A DNA stretch of 64,000 nucleotides from Nemertoderma westbladi (lineage: Eukaryota > Animalia > Xenacoelomorpha), in the NCBI GenBank assembly GCA_032718475.1, contig JAUCBJ010001077.1:56117-120116 (forward strand). Reading direction: 5' to 3'. The notes beneath the pieces are model-generated. The model ran no database searches. It saw only the letters and a program-made list of their open reading frames with translations, and was not told the DNA's origin. Below are positions 1-10,788 of this stretch, piece by piece (position 1 is the first letter of the stretch; each line of letters opens with the position of its first letter). The position numbers and the translations under genes were made by a program.

Positions 1-1514
1 TTGACTTGTAAGAACATTCCTTCTATATCAGAGGCGAACGCGATGGAATATTGTCTTAATCTTAATAGTATTCCCAACAAAGATTGGAGTAAGTTGGGTC
101 CTGGTAACAACTCGGAATTGAGGGATTGGCCCATATATAGAGCAGAGCCATCAAATACGACTCGTACTTCATGGGGTTTACCGGGTTTGGGAACGTAATG
201 ATGTGTTAAATAATACGTTCTCTCAGTCACTGGTGTTCCTTCCGGTACTCTCTCCGCGTATCCCTTTGTTATAAATTTCTTCAGCTGAGTTTGGTACATT
301 TCTTTCGCCGAAGCATTAGCTGTAAGTCGTCGATGTAATTGAGCGATTCTTTTCTCTGCCAAAGGTCTGTTATTTATAAATCTAGGTTCTCGTTTTCGAA
401 ATGGTAGGCCGATTTCATATCTACCTTGATCCTTTAAAAAACGTGTAGTTGTTTCCTGGATTTGCTTGGCTCTTTCTTCTTCTATCGATAGAGCCTTATC
501 ATATGAATTGGGCTCTACCAGTTCCTGAGTAAAGAATCGTACAGCTAGTTCATCCCGAGTTCTAGCGTTGTAGCGCTCTATCTCATCGTTTAGTTCGTCA
601 TTGTAAGCGATGGGTTCTGATGGGTGAATCAGTTGACATAGGTTCACCTGACTTTTCCAAGTTTGGTTTTCTGTAAGTAGGTCGATTGTGTTCTCTTCAT
701 CGAAGAGTTGGTAGATGTCGTCATTATCTGAGGAGTATGGTGTTCCCTCAGTTAGTTCGTCCACCTCACTGCTCTCCACTTCCCAATCGTGTACTTGGTA
801 TGTTTGTTCTTGTGGCATTCTCTCTTCGAGAGTCCTGCGGGAAGGGCCAGTAAAGTACCAACCTACTCTAGTTCTTACCGCATAGGTTTGCAGTGGCTGT
901 GGTTGAGCAGGCCATTTCTCCAATGTTTCGAGCGCCTCATGCGCGTTTTGGCCGATGAGTATTTGCACTCCAGGATAATCTGTCTGGAATCGAGGTATCT
1001 TAAGATGTTGGATGCTCTCATCCTCGTCCCAATTATAAAGGTCTGCTTGAGTAGTAGCGAAGTTCTTTATGGCCACCATTTTTACCGACCTTATACCTTG
1101 TGCTCCTAACTTATCCTGGGGGGTGGACAACACACCTACATAGTAATCTGCCGTTAGGGTAGATTTCCAAACCTGCATAATTCCTGACATATTTAATTTA
1201 GTCCGGAACTTGGGTTGTCCAGCAAAGATATCTTCGGCTAGTTCTTGATCGATGAATGTTCCTGTGCTGCCGGAGTCAAGGAGGGCGTTCACTATGTAAC
1301 TTTTGTTAAGACCGTGAACTCTTACCTGCACTACAGGAAATTCTCTGATTCCTACCTTGGAAGTTGGAGCTTTCCAAGATGGTTGTTTGGCAAAAGTAGT
1401 TGGGGGAAACTCATTGTTGGTGTCCTTTTCATAAGTAAGTGCTCGATACACTGCGGTATTGATTAGATAACAGGATTCGTTGGCGTCGGAGAATTCGTCA
1501 GTACAGACTCCTGA
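1..1514 (-). CDS. pol: BEL/Pao pol (aspartic protease and start of RT), truncated by the window edge
   Basis: Hand translation gives VVQVRVHG..VNALLDSGSTG (~1350-1262) and YYLTHHYV..KPHEVRVVFDGSA..SLNSELLPGPNLLQSLLGILLRLR..AFASDIEGMFLQV (~215-3) in one frame. The frame opens after a TGA at 1517-1515. It is absent from the ORF track, presumably because it has no stop in the window. Confidence 0.92.
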
Positions 1515-4500
1515 TCAGTGTCATTTACATCACTGAATTGGACATGTAGTTCGGGCTCACTTACCTGACTCTGTTTGTCTCGTTCGAACTCACTGTGTAA
1601 CAAGATGTGATGTTTCGCGCCACACTTTGCACACTTTATGTCGGAGTAACAGGTTCGCCGTTGGTGTCCTGGTCTGAGGCAATTATAGCATAACCGCTTG
1701 TCCCATACGACTGCACGTCTGTCTACAAGGGATTTCTTTAGAAATTCAGCATACGCACTCAAACGGTGGGTCCCGTCGCACAGCGTACAGTTAGGTTTTA
1801 TGTTACTCACTTTACCTTGGGTAACTTGATGCACTCTCGTTTTTTCTTCGGGTTTTCTTCGGTGCATTCTGTTAGGAGACTGAGGAGGGGTCTTGGCAAC
1901 CTGTTCTCTCCTATCGTTGTTTCGAGCCTTGTATTTACTTACATCTTTTGAGGTTTTGTCAACGTAGTAAGATCTCTCAGTGTCTTTCCCGCTGTCCTCT
2001 TCTTGAGAAACTTGGCTTTCGCCGTCGTCAGTGTAACACACCGGTGTTATTCTTCTCCTAGAAGCGGGTTTCTCACTTACCTTATTTTCCGATGTTTTCT
2101 CTCTGGACTGCTTGATGAGTTGTAGTTTTACTTCACCATCTAAGAAGGATATGAGATCAGCCATGGTAGGACTTCGTCGTTGTTGTTCATTCATGTACAA
2201 CACTTTCTTGTCCCAGCGTGTACATACTCCACCCTTTGGTAAAGTAGAGACTACGGCTCCAATAACCATTGAACTCTGATATTCATGAGACTTACCTAAC
2301 CAGTCCAATTGTCTACAGATCTCTTGAATCTCATCGGAAAACTCTATAATCCCGCTACTAAGGAAGTGTCGGGGGGCTACTAATTTTGCATACAAATACT
2401 TAGCTATGTTATCCTTGTTACCATACCTGATGTTTAATGTATCCCATACTTGTCTTAATCCTTCTGGATGTCCAATAAACTTTAACGCCATTAACTTGGG
2501 AGGTCCTTCCAAGCACTTGATGAGGAACCTGAGTTTCTCTCCGTTAGATAGTACAGAGTTCTGTATGCTGTCTTTGTAATATTCATTGAAAGGTAACCAT
2601 TTCATCTCATCTCCATTGAATTTGACGATCTCTCCCACTTTGACCGCTTGGCGGGCTTCTGTTCTAGCCATCTGACGCGTAAAGCTTTCTTGGGCCATCG
2701 TGTTATTTAATATCGAATTATCGGTATATAAATTTCTCGGATCATTATCAGGTCTATAGGGAATATCATTAATAACAGGTCTATAATCACCCTTAATAGG
2801 GTTTGCTATAGGAGTTTCTACTTCACTAGCAGTATAGATGTGTGTAGGCTCCACACCTTGCGCATGTAATACTTCAGACCTAACAGGTTGACACAATGTT
2901 ACAGGGGGTATTGGTATGCCCTTTTGTATATTGACTAACTTGTCGCGTTCCAGTGCGATACTTTGCTGCACTTCTTGCAACTCTGCTCTACCTTCCCTTA
3001 CTGTTCCCTTAAGCTGGTAGACAGTCTCCTGCATCTGTCCGAGCAGGAGATTCATCCCCCGCCGTCCCTCCTCTACCCACTCAACCGCCGAAGTGGGAGT
3101 CGCCAACATTGTAGCGGGCTGACGTGGGACGACGGGAGACAAATCTTTGATTTCTCTCTCAGCTTCCAGGACAGGAATATTCTCATGGACTGTTCTACCG
3201 GGTACAGGCAGTGTAGTACTGTGTAAAGGGAACTTAGAGTTAAGCTCTGGAAGTACAGGGGTCTCTAGCATAGGTGTGACTTTGGGAACGACAGACCTAA
3301 TTATTTCAGGCTCATCAACTATTGTAGGGAGTCTTTTGACCTGAATAGTTTGGTATGTGGGTACCGTACTACCTAAGTCTGCGCTAGCTAGCTGTCTTCT
3401 AACAGCTGGGGGCAAATCAGGCAATTTGTGACGGTGAGCTGTTTTTCTACGCCTGCTTAGACGAGATCTATTTCCTCCGCCTTCAGGATCGGTGGTTTCG
3501 CTTTCCTCCGATGATGTGTATCCCTGGCGTTTGGGAGTAGATCGTCTCATCATCTGCATTTGACTAGCAGTTAACTGTTTATTTATGTTGTCTTGCGTCT
3601 CTTGCAGATTTTCCAACTCCAGTTGGGTAGTCTGCTCAGACGCTCTCCGTTCTGCTTCTGCCACTGCCCTTTCCGCCTTTGCTTCTGCCGCCGCTGCCTT
3701 TCTTTTTGCTTCTGCTTCTGCCGCTGCTGCCCTTGCTGCTATTCTTTCTGCTTCTACTTCTGCCGCCGCTGCTTTTCTTTCTGCTTCTACTTCTGCCGCC
3801 GCTGCTTTTCTTTCTGCTTCTGCTTCTGCCGTAGCCGCCGCCTTTTGTTCCTCTATCCGTCTTTTCTTTACTTTTTCTTCTTGGACTCTAGCGAGGCGGA
3901 GTTTTTCATCAAATTCTGCTTGGTTAGCAGCTAACATTTCAGCATCGATTGAATCTAACACACGCTGGGTTCCTTCACTATTGGGGGAAAGTCCAGACAG
4001 CCGTCTCCTCAACTCTTCGTCTCCTAGGAATCGCTGATAGTCGGACAGATAAATGTCTATGGCGTCTCTCGTTCGTGGTTTCTCTGAGGTCTCTTCGCCT
4101 TCCACTTGAGAAAGGGTGGCATCGGTTGGTTCTTCATAAGTTAGTCTCTCAGACAGCTGGGATTTCCACTGGTCCGTTTCTTGTACTTTGCGACCTACCC
4201 GCTGGAACCAAGTTTTGACAGCAACCTGCAGCGACATGTCCTGTCTTCTTTTGGAAGTTTCCTCAAAAGCTGATAAGATTAGTCGAATGCGTAGGGTTCT
4301 TTCGCGTACTTGATATAGCAGTTCTTCCTGCTCTTGAGGTCCTAGGGGTTGTCGAAACAGTTGTTCTTCTAATCGCTCTAAGGAGCCGAAGAATCCCTGC
4401 ACATATCCTGCTGCCGACCTCTTCCAAACAGCTGGATCCATCATATCTTTAGCCACTCCCATCCTGTATATATCTTCCCAAGTAGCCTCGGACAGATCTA

Positions 4501-5020
4501 ATGGGAGTCCGGGTCCGGGAAAGTTCCATTGTGACTCGACAATAGACATCAATTCTTCCCTGGCGTATCCCGCATAATTATCTTGGGTCGCTCGCTTATT
4601 TCTCACCCAATCTGCTTGATGTTCCTCCACCGCAATCAATATAGTTGTTAGCACTGCGGCAGGAAGGGTGAGAAGGGGGTCCGAGTAGGCTTTAGCCGTC
4701 GTCTGCACTCCGCGTTCGGGGGTCAGCTCTACAGTATCCGAACTACTGGAGCTATCGGATCGCTGGGAACAAGTTTCTTGACTAGGATGTTGCGGCTGTT
4801 GGACAGCTGCTTCCTGGTTCCGTTTGACTTGGGCCCGAGTGCCGATGATAGACCTACAGTGTTGGATTAGCTTAGGGTCTGATACTACTACTGGAGGGAT
4901 GACCTTTCTTTCAGTAGGAGGTGAGCTGAACTCCTTTCTTAATCGCTCAACACTCCTATCTGTGTCACAGATGGTTGTATCGATTAGGCTGTCTGACAGG
5001 TTTTGCTGAGTGTCAGACAT
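1463..5020 (-). CDS. gag: BEL/Pao Gag, 1185 aa, with long coiled-coil N-terminal region
   Basis: BEL gag-type core (KFNGD..W..F..EKL.FL...LEG) and knuckles CTLC..H (degenerate), CYNCLRPGHQRRTC, CAKCGAKHHILLH; AAAAEVEAERK repeats. Confidence 0.92.
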   Translation of the reverse strand: MSDTQQNLSDSLIDTTICDTDRSVERLRKEFSSPPTERKVIPPVVVSDPKLIQHCRSIIGTRAQVKRNQEAAVQQPQHPSQETCSQRSDSSSSSDTVELTPERGVQTTAKAYSDPLLTLPAAVLTTILIAVEEHQADWVRNKRATQDNYAGYAREELMSIVESQWNFPGPGLPLDLSEATWEDIYRMGVAKDMMDPAVWKRSAAGYVQGFFGSLERLEEQLFRQPLGPQEQEELLYQVRERTLRIRLILSAFEETSKRRQDMSLQVAVKTWFQRVGRKVQETDQWKSQLSERLTYEEPTDATLSQVEGEETSEKPRTRDAIDIYLSDYQRFLGDEELRRRLSGLSPNSEGTQRVLDSIDAEMLAANQAEFDEKLRLARVQEEKVKKRRIEEQKAAATAEAEAERKAAAAEVEAERKAAAAEVEAERIAARAAAAEAEAKRKAAAAEAKAERAVAEAERRASEQTTQLELENLQETQDNINKQLTASQMQMMRRSTPKRQGYTSSEESETTDPEGGGNRSRLSRRRKTAHRHKLPDLPPAVRRQLASADLGSTVPTYQTIQVKRLPTIVDEPEIIRSVVPKVTPMLETPVLPELNSKFPLHSTTLPVPGRTVHENIPVLEAEREIKDLSPVVPRQPATMLATPTSAVEWVEEGRRGMNLLLGQMQETVYQLKGTVREGRAELQEVQQSIALERDKLVNIQKGIPIPPVTLCQPVRSEVLHAQGVEPTHIYTASEVETPIANPIKGDYRPVINDIPYRPDNDPRNLYTDNSILNNTMAQESFTRQMARTEARQAVKVGEIVKFNGDEMKWLPFNEYYKDSIQNSVLSNGEKLRFLIKCLEGPPKLMALKFIGHPEGLRQVWDTLNIRYGNKDNIAKYLYAKLVAPRHFLSSGIIEFSDEIQEICRQLDWLGKSHEYQSSMVIGAVVSTLPKGGVCTRWDKKVLYMNEQQRRSPTMADLISFLDGEVKLQLIKQSREKTSENKVSEKPASRRRITPVCYTDDGESQVSQEEDSGKDTERSYYVDKTSKDVSKYKARNNDRREQVAKTPPQSPNRMHRRKPEEKTRVHQVTQGKVSNIKPNCTLCDGTHRLSAYAEFLKKSLVDRRAVVWDKRLCYNCLRPGHQRRTCYSDIKCAKCGAKHHILLHSEFERDKQSQVSEPELHVQFSDVNDTDQESVLTNSPTPTNPVI

Positions 5021-5099
5021 ATTTAGCTATACAGTTGAATGCTTACTGCTATAGTTACAGTTAAAGCAAGTCTAGTAATTCAGTATGACCGTTGGCCTA

Positions 5100-5373
5100 G
5101 TACCGGTAATTTATTGCAGTATTAGAATACCGGTATGCACTTATAATATATATATAAGTATTGTAAACTAGGTTTGTCACAGAGTACCGGTATATAATTT
5201 TAGCACAAATATATATAAATATATAATAGGCCTATCGTGAATACCGGTATACAGCTTACACTTATAGTATATATAAGTATAATTATGAACTAGAATTAAT
5301 TACAGAATACCGGTATGATTTCAGCTCAAATTTATAGAAATAAATATAATAAGCCTATGGTAAATACCGGTAT
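5100..5373. repeat. Degenerate tandem repeat (~120-bp unit) punctuated by TACCGGTA palindromes, in the leader of element A
   Basis: TACCGGTA at about 5101, 5128, 5185, 5242, 5307 and 5364, with alternating similar spacers. Confidence 0.75.
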
Positions 5374-6344
5374 GTCAATTATTTTTAGAATAATTGAATT
5401 TCTGAATATTTTAGGGTTACTTGGTTACGTTAACTTACTTTGTTACCATTATTTAAGCAGTAGTCCAACTGATTTTGAGACCTAGTTGTTGTATGGCAGG
5501 CCTACTATTTATAAATCTTTTGAGTTGATTTATAATAGATATATACCCGTTTAAAAATGGGTTTTGTCAATATTTGAAATAAATGTTATTATTTCTGGGG
5601 GGTCACTACACAGAAGCTGTGCGCTCTCAGTGAAGTGCTATTTATTTGACACTAAAACTGATAATTCTAATTTACCTAAGTTACTTAATACTACAAATTA
5701 CTTACGATACGGGAGATTAATTCTCTAATTAAACACAACAAAAAATATTACGTACGAATTTTTAGGGTAATTTTACAGGAAGTCTACAAACCAGTCTAAC
5801 AAAGGGTTAGAATTCGGTTTATTACAACGGACAGGGTACTACGGTATTTGAAAATAATAAGTAGTAGTAAATATATTGCACTGTCCAGATAGGAAAATAC
5901 CACCGCCTGACGACCTATAACCGTATCGCTATAGGTACTACGTTATGTATCACGGAGTGTTCCTACCTAGAAGTTAATTACCGCGGACTACCAGATCCAG
6001 CGTGCCTATTAACCACTTTACAACACACATATACTGCCCACACACTAATTACTTTCGGAAAGCACTGTACACTAAACCCTAAATTAGGTACAAGTACTAG
6101 TACAACAAATAATCAGTAGTTAAATATACTTGAACAGTTAAAAGAACCACGGCATCTGCTGGTGTGACCAGAGCACAAAGTCACCAGTCTTGTCCTACGC
6201 CAAGCAGCCCGTGTAGTACTGGGGTTAATTTAACTATAACGGTATGTATAACAAACACAATTACTGTAGGAATAAACTTGGGGACATGTATGTTGCGAAT
6301 AATCGCATAAACTCTGAACAATAAATATTACGCTACCCGTACAG

Positions 6345-6880
6345 AATACTCAAACAGAATACAAACCAAACGCTGGCAGACTACCACCAAGCCTAAATAA
6401 ACTACAGTATGTGTAAATTCCAAAATGGTTAGTTAGTATGCGTTCTAACACGGTAGTACGACTTATTCTTTAAGAGGGGATTGACCTTACAGCTATGGCT
6501 GCCCCAACTTACTAACTGGCACTCTATCGGACAAACTCTACACACGCAGCAATCTCTTCAGACCTAATAATAGCTAGACAACAATCCAGCCTACAAAATA
6601 TCTGAGTAATAACTATTATGGTACCTGAACAGACCACACAAACAAACACAGGCCAAAACGCTGGCAGAATACTGTCAAGCCTAAATAAACTACAGTATGT
6701 GCAGATTCCAAAATTGTTAGTTAGTATGCGTTCTAACACGGTAGTACGACTTATTCTTTAAGAGGGGATTGACCTTACAGCTATGGCTGCCCCAACTTAC
6801 TAACTGGCACTCTATCGGACAAACTCTACACACGCCGTAATCTCTCCAAACCCAACAACAATCTAACAGCAGTCCGGCCT
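6345..6880. repeat. Tandem duplication, ~288-bp period, in the leader of element A
   Basis: AACGCTGGCAGA...CTCTATCGGACAAACTCTACACACGC is near-identical at ~6369-6548 and ~6657-6835. Confidence 0.9.
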
Positions 6881-7063
6881 ACAATTATCTGAACAATCTG
6901 AGCAGACTTACACGTCTTCAGCTCAATATTAACTTACATGTAAATAAAACCAACAGAAATAAGTAAAATCTCAATAAAAAATCAGGGCTGCAGTCCCTGA
7001 TTAAATACTAAGACCTACCGGTATACAATAATCAAAATCGAATAATACTAATGTACTTATACT

Positions 7064-7200
7064 GGAAGTACCGGTTAGGACAGTTGGGCCTACGGACCTA
7101 CAGAAGTACCGGTTCTGGCAGTTGGACCTACGGACCTACAGCAGTACCGGTTCTGGCAGTTGGGCCTACTGACCTACAGAAGTACCGGTTCAGGTTTACC
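7064..7200. repeat. ~38-bp tandem repeat, ~3.5 copies
   Basis: GAAGTACCGGTTCTGGCAGTTGG(A/G)CCTACGGACCTACA repeated. Confidence 0.88.
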
Positions 7201-7471
7201 GGTCGACCGGTACTTTCAACTTTATTGCTTACTGCAATAAAGTCAATAACTGTTATTGTACGCGCTTTTGAAGACCTTTAGCAGTTTAACCTGCCAAAAT
7301 TTATATGTCTTTTGGTTTATAAATATACTTTAGAAGATGACAAATATTTAATACCAATAAACACAACATTAGCAGAAGCCAGCCTAGTGCGCGTCCATTC
7401 ACCCGCTGGATATTCCCGGGAGACTGGATTCTGAGGGCTTAGATTATTATTGCAGTGTAAGCTTACTGTAC

Positions 7472-8532
7472 TGTATTATTCGATTGATCGTTAATAATTA
7501 ATTTCTGACTAATATTATTCACTTTCGGGAAATATTAACAGTTCCTTTAGGACGTGGCGCTCTATCTAAGTAAACAGAGATATGACTTATACTAATCGCA
7601 ACGGTAAGTCGGTAAGGCTTAAGATTCACGTATGAGGCGCATTCTTTAGGAAATGCTTAGTTATCAGTCACAATCAGGCACACTACCGGTAACATACAAT
7701 ACTGCTCACTAATTTGCCGACCGTCAATGAATTTTATCATATATAAAGAGAACAGCAACGGACCAATGTAGTGCTTATCAAATAGCATTAAATTCACTAC
7801 AAACCACAACAATATAAGTCGCAATCGCTATATATAACCCGTCTCTCTAACCTGTAGTGTATCAAGAAAATTGGGAAATTTGGGTTCTTTATATATGTTC
7901 TCCAAATAATGTTCAACCAAACACAATAGTAAACAGCAGTATAATAATGTATATTGAACCGATAATATAAAAACAGAAACCAGTTGATATGAATTGATAT
8001 ATGATGTGGACTGTTATGAACTGATAACAGTTATACGCTCTATAATTTAAGCCTACTAATGTTTCTTCTAAAGTATGAAACGAATTGATTCTAGAGCCGT
8101 TGTTCCTGGCCTAGATAGCAATAACACAAAGTATCAAGAAAAAAACAGTAAGACTGAACACTCTCCTTATGATCGGCCGAAAAGCTACACGTCGACAGGA
8201 AAAATCGCTCTGATTGGCTCAAGCCAAACAAAGAACCATGCGTCCAATGGCTGTTTCCATGTCAGCAACCAGCTGTTAGATGTCGTAATATGAATCATCA
8301 CGGCTAAGCTGTGAAAGGTATTTGGTGCATTGCAGGTTTTTTGCCTTACCATGTCCGCTAAAACACGTATATAGCAGAATGACTTTTATGTCCGTTAAAA
8401 CACCTGTAACGGTACCTTGCGGGCGAGGGGAATATATATACAGTTAGAGAACCTTTTAGAGTATTCCAGCGCCTGGGGGGAAACTGGATTGCGAAGCAAA
8501 AGGGCCAGTTATATCCCACAGAAGCTTTTACA
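7472..8532 (-). repeat. Putative 5' LTR of element A (~1.06 kb)
   Basis: TGTA...TACA termini; minus-strand CCAAT (~8215) and TATATATA (~7830). A diverged homologue at 40372-46712 ends at the same AAGCTTTTACA. The partner LTR lies outside the window. Confidence 0.65.
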
Positions 8533-9154
8533 GATCGGGTATGTATTAATTCAGTACAGTTTTTATTTTAAGATCATAAAGACGATATTTGTTGCCAATA
8601 TATTATTATTAGTAGGGTCTTTATCTAACTTCTTGTTGGTTGTGGAATCTATAAGGATATCTTTATCCACAGTATTCACTGCTATATCAACAACGTACTA
8701 CTCGTAACGCACCGTGATGGGGGCTCAGATTGGTTGGCGTTTTGTTTTCATGTTTTTGGTTCATTATTTTTACGAATCTGTGCAGGGTTCCGGTGTCAGT
8801 GTCCTGAAAAAATGTACAGGACTTATTTTAGAATTATTTAAATCAAAATTATGGTTTTTTCAAAATAACGTATTTGAAGACAATTATTGTTTAAATTAAG
8901 ACAACGTCATTACATGAATGTACTTTTTTCATTTTTTTAAATATTTTTGTTTGGGAAAAATTTTGGTCGGAATAAGAGCCTTGTTGATTTCATATTTCTA
9001 GTGTATCTTTTACCTTCGATTCAAGCCGTCGTCGGAGGCCTCCGATTTTACGTTAGAGTCGGAATCTTTACATCTTCCCCGGACTCCGGAACCATGCACC
9101 TATGTATACCTGTTATAGACTATTAGGTAACAATGTTTGCATGAATTCTTTAAG

Positions 9155-9520
9155 GTGCAACGTGTTACGACATCGATTACGGGGCAGAAGATTTACCGTT
9201 GCGACCAGTGTACCTACCAGACGCGTCACGGTTGGTGGATGGTGGTCCGACACCAGAAGGTTCACCAAGGCAGACGGTCCCCCTTTGACTCTCTCGGTCC
9301 CCATTGTTCCGTCTGTCAGCTTCTCGCCAACGACCCCAAAGAACTTGCAGCTCATAAGGAGGAGCATGTTGATGAGTTTTCGAACGAGTTTTGTAACACC
9401 TTGGCGACGCCACAAGTACTCGCCCCTCCAGTAAAGACGCCACAGTCTCTCAGTTCGATTGGCCAATCGGCCGGCTCGTCATCTTCTCCAACCAGGAGCC
9501 CGCTAACTGATTGTAAAGAG
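9155..9520 (+). CDS. Ikaros/Hunchback-family zinc-finger gene, exon with two C2H2 fingers (5' boundary and upstream exons uncertain)
   Basis: CDQCTYQTRHGWWMVVRHQKVH and CSVCQLLANDPKELAAHKEEH; candidate acceptor CTTTAAG|; phase-0 donor GAG|GTTAGA at 9521. Confidence 0.75.
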
Positions 9521-9827
9521 GTTAGATTTGATTTGTAACAAGGTGTTGGGCAATTATAATGTAGATCATTAATTTATGCTGACAAACAGCTGAAAAGTAC
9601 CAAATTACAGCATTACTGCGTAAAGGGCGGATCGCTGCAAAGTAATCACTACGTCAGTAACAATTTACTTCTAGAACACGATAACTTCTAGAACACGTCC
9701 TTTGCAGTGTCCTATTATGGATGATAGCAATTGTATGAAGTTTAGGATTAGTTATTTACAACCATTGTATTAAAAAGGCATGTATTTGAGAATGACCATT
9801 GGATTATTAAATATTTTAATCTTACAG

Positions 9828-10223
9828 ACTACCCCAAGCAGCGTGAGACAAGCACTTCAGATGAAATCATATATAGCGTCTCGTAACCGCCCGGAGACAA
9901 AGGCCACGAGCAGTTTACGCGACCACACATTGACCCTCTCGGATGATTCAGCCGTCCAGAGTACTCCGGGTCAAACTGTTGATAATAAATGGAACGGACG
10001 GAGCACACCAACCAATGTGCCGCTCTCAGAGCCTCAGATTATGGTGGAGGGCTCACTCTACTACCAATGCTTACACTGCCAATCACTGTTTGCTGACTCC
10101 ATTATGTGGGGTCTGCACCGCGGTCTCCATGGCTGCGTGAACCCATTCCAATGTAACAGATGCGGTTATGGGAGCCGAGATCGCTATGAATTTATGTCAC
10201 ATTTTTACGTTTGTAAAGGTTGA
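9828..10223 (+). CDS. Ikaros-family gene, last exon with C-terminal dimerisation zinc fingers
   Basis: CLHCQSLFADSIMWGLHRGLHGCVNPFQCNRCGYGSRDRYEFMSH matches the recalled Ikaros motif [43 protein letters not shown]; phase-0 acceptor CTTACAG| is in frame with the previous exon. Confidence 0.9.
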   Translation, partial: TTPSSVRQALQMKSYIASRNRPETKATSSLRDHTLTLSDDSAVQSTPGQTVDNKWNGRSTPTNVPLSEPQIMVEGSLYYQCLHCQSLFADSIMWGLHRGLHGCVNPFQCNRCGYGSRDRYEFMSHFYVCKG

Positions 10224-10788
10224 TTTCCTATGTAAAATTTAATAATAGTTGTTTATTTTATTGATATTTGCTTAACACAAAATATTAATGTTAGGCGATT
10301 CAATGAGCTTATCAACGAACGGTTATAATTTTACTAGGGCCGTTTTCCAAATGTCAGTGTGTAGGCGTGTGGCGTGTTGTGTGTCGGAGACAGTAATTAA
10401 TTAATTTGTAATGACTTACCGTAGTATAATGATATAACTGTTTGTTGATATGATTGGCTAACGTGTTGTGCTGCACGACGTGTTGTGCTGCACGAAGGCC
10501 TGATATAACATACCCGGTTCGACCTGATATATAACATACTACACGTCATGTGTTATTATAATACCGGTAGACCTTTCAATATTTTATAGAACCTTATATG
10601 ATAGATTTGAGATCAAAGGCAATGTATATTTTTGTATTGTTTATGTAAATAAAATAATATCCTCTATCATGTAAGTAATGAATGTAAGTATGAAGTAATG
10701 AATGTACGTATGCGCCATTTAGAGCATTAATTTGGTGCCTTTTCTAGAATTTGATTGAACTAATTATGCTAAAGAAGCAAGAGTTTAC

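Larger units (their letters stand above)
1..8532 (-). mobile_element. BEL/Pao LTR retrotransposon (element A), 5' part; continues beyond the left edge
   Basis: Putative LTR 7472-8532, ~2.4 kb repeat-rich leader, gag with three Cys/His knuckles, then protease and BEL-type RT motifs, all on the minus strand. The right boundary is inferred from the LTR call. Confidence 0.88.
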
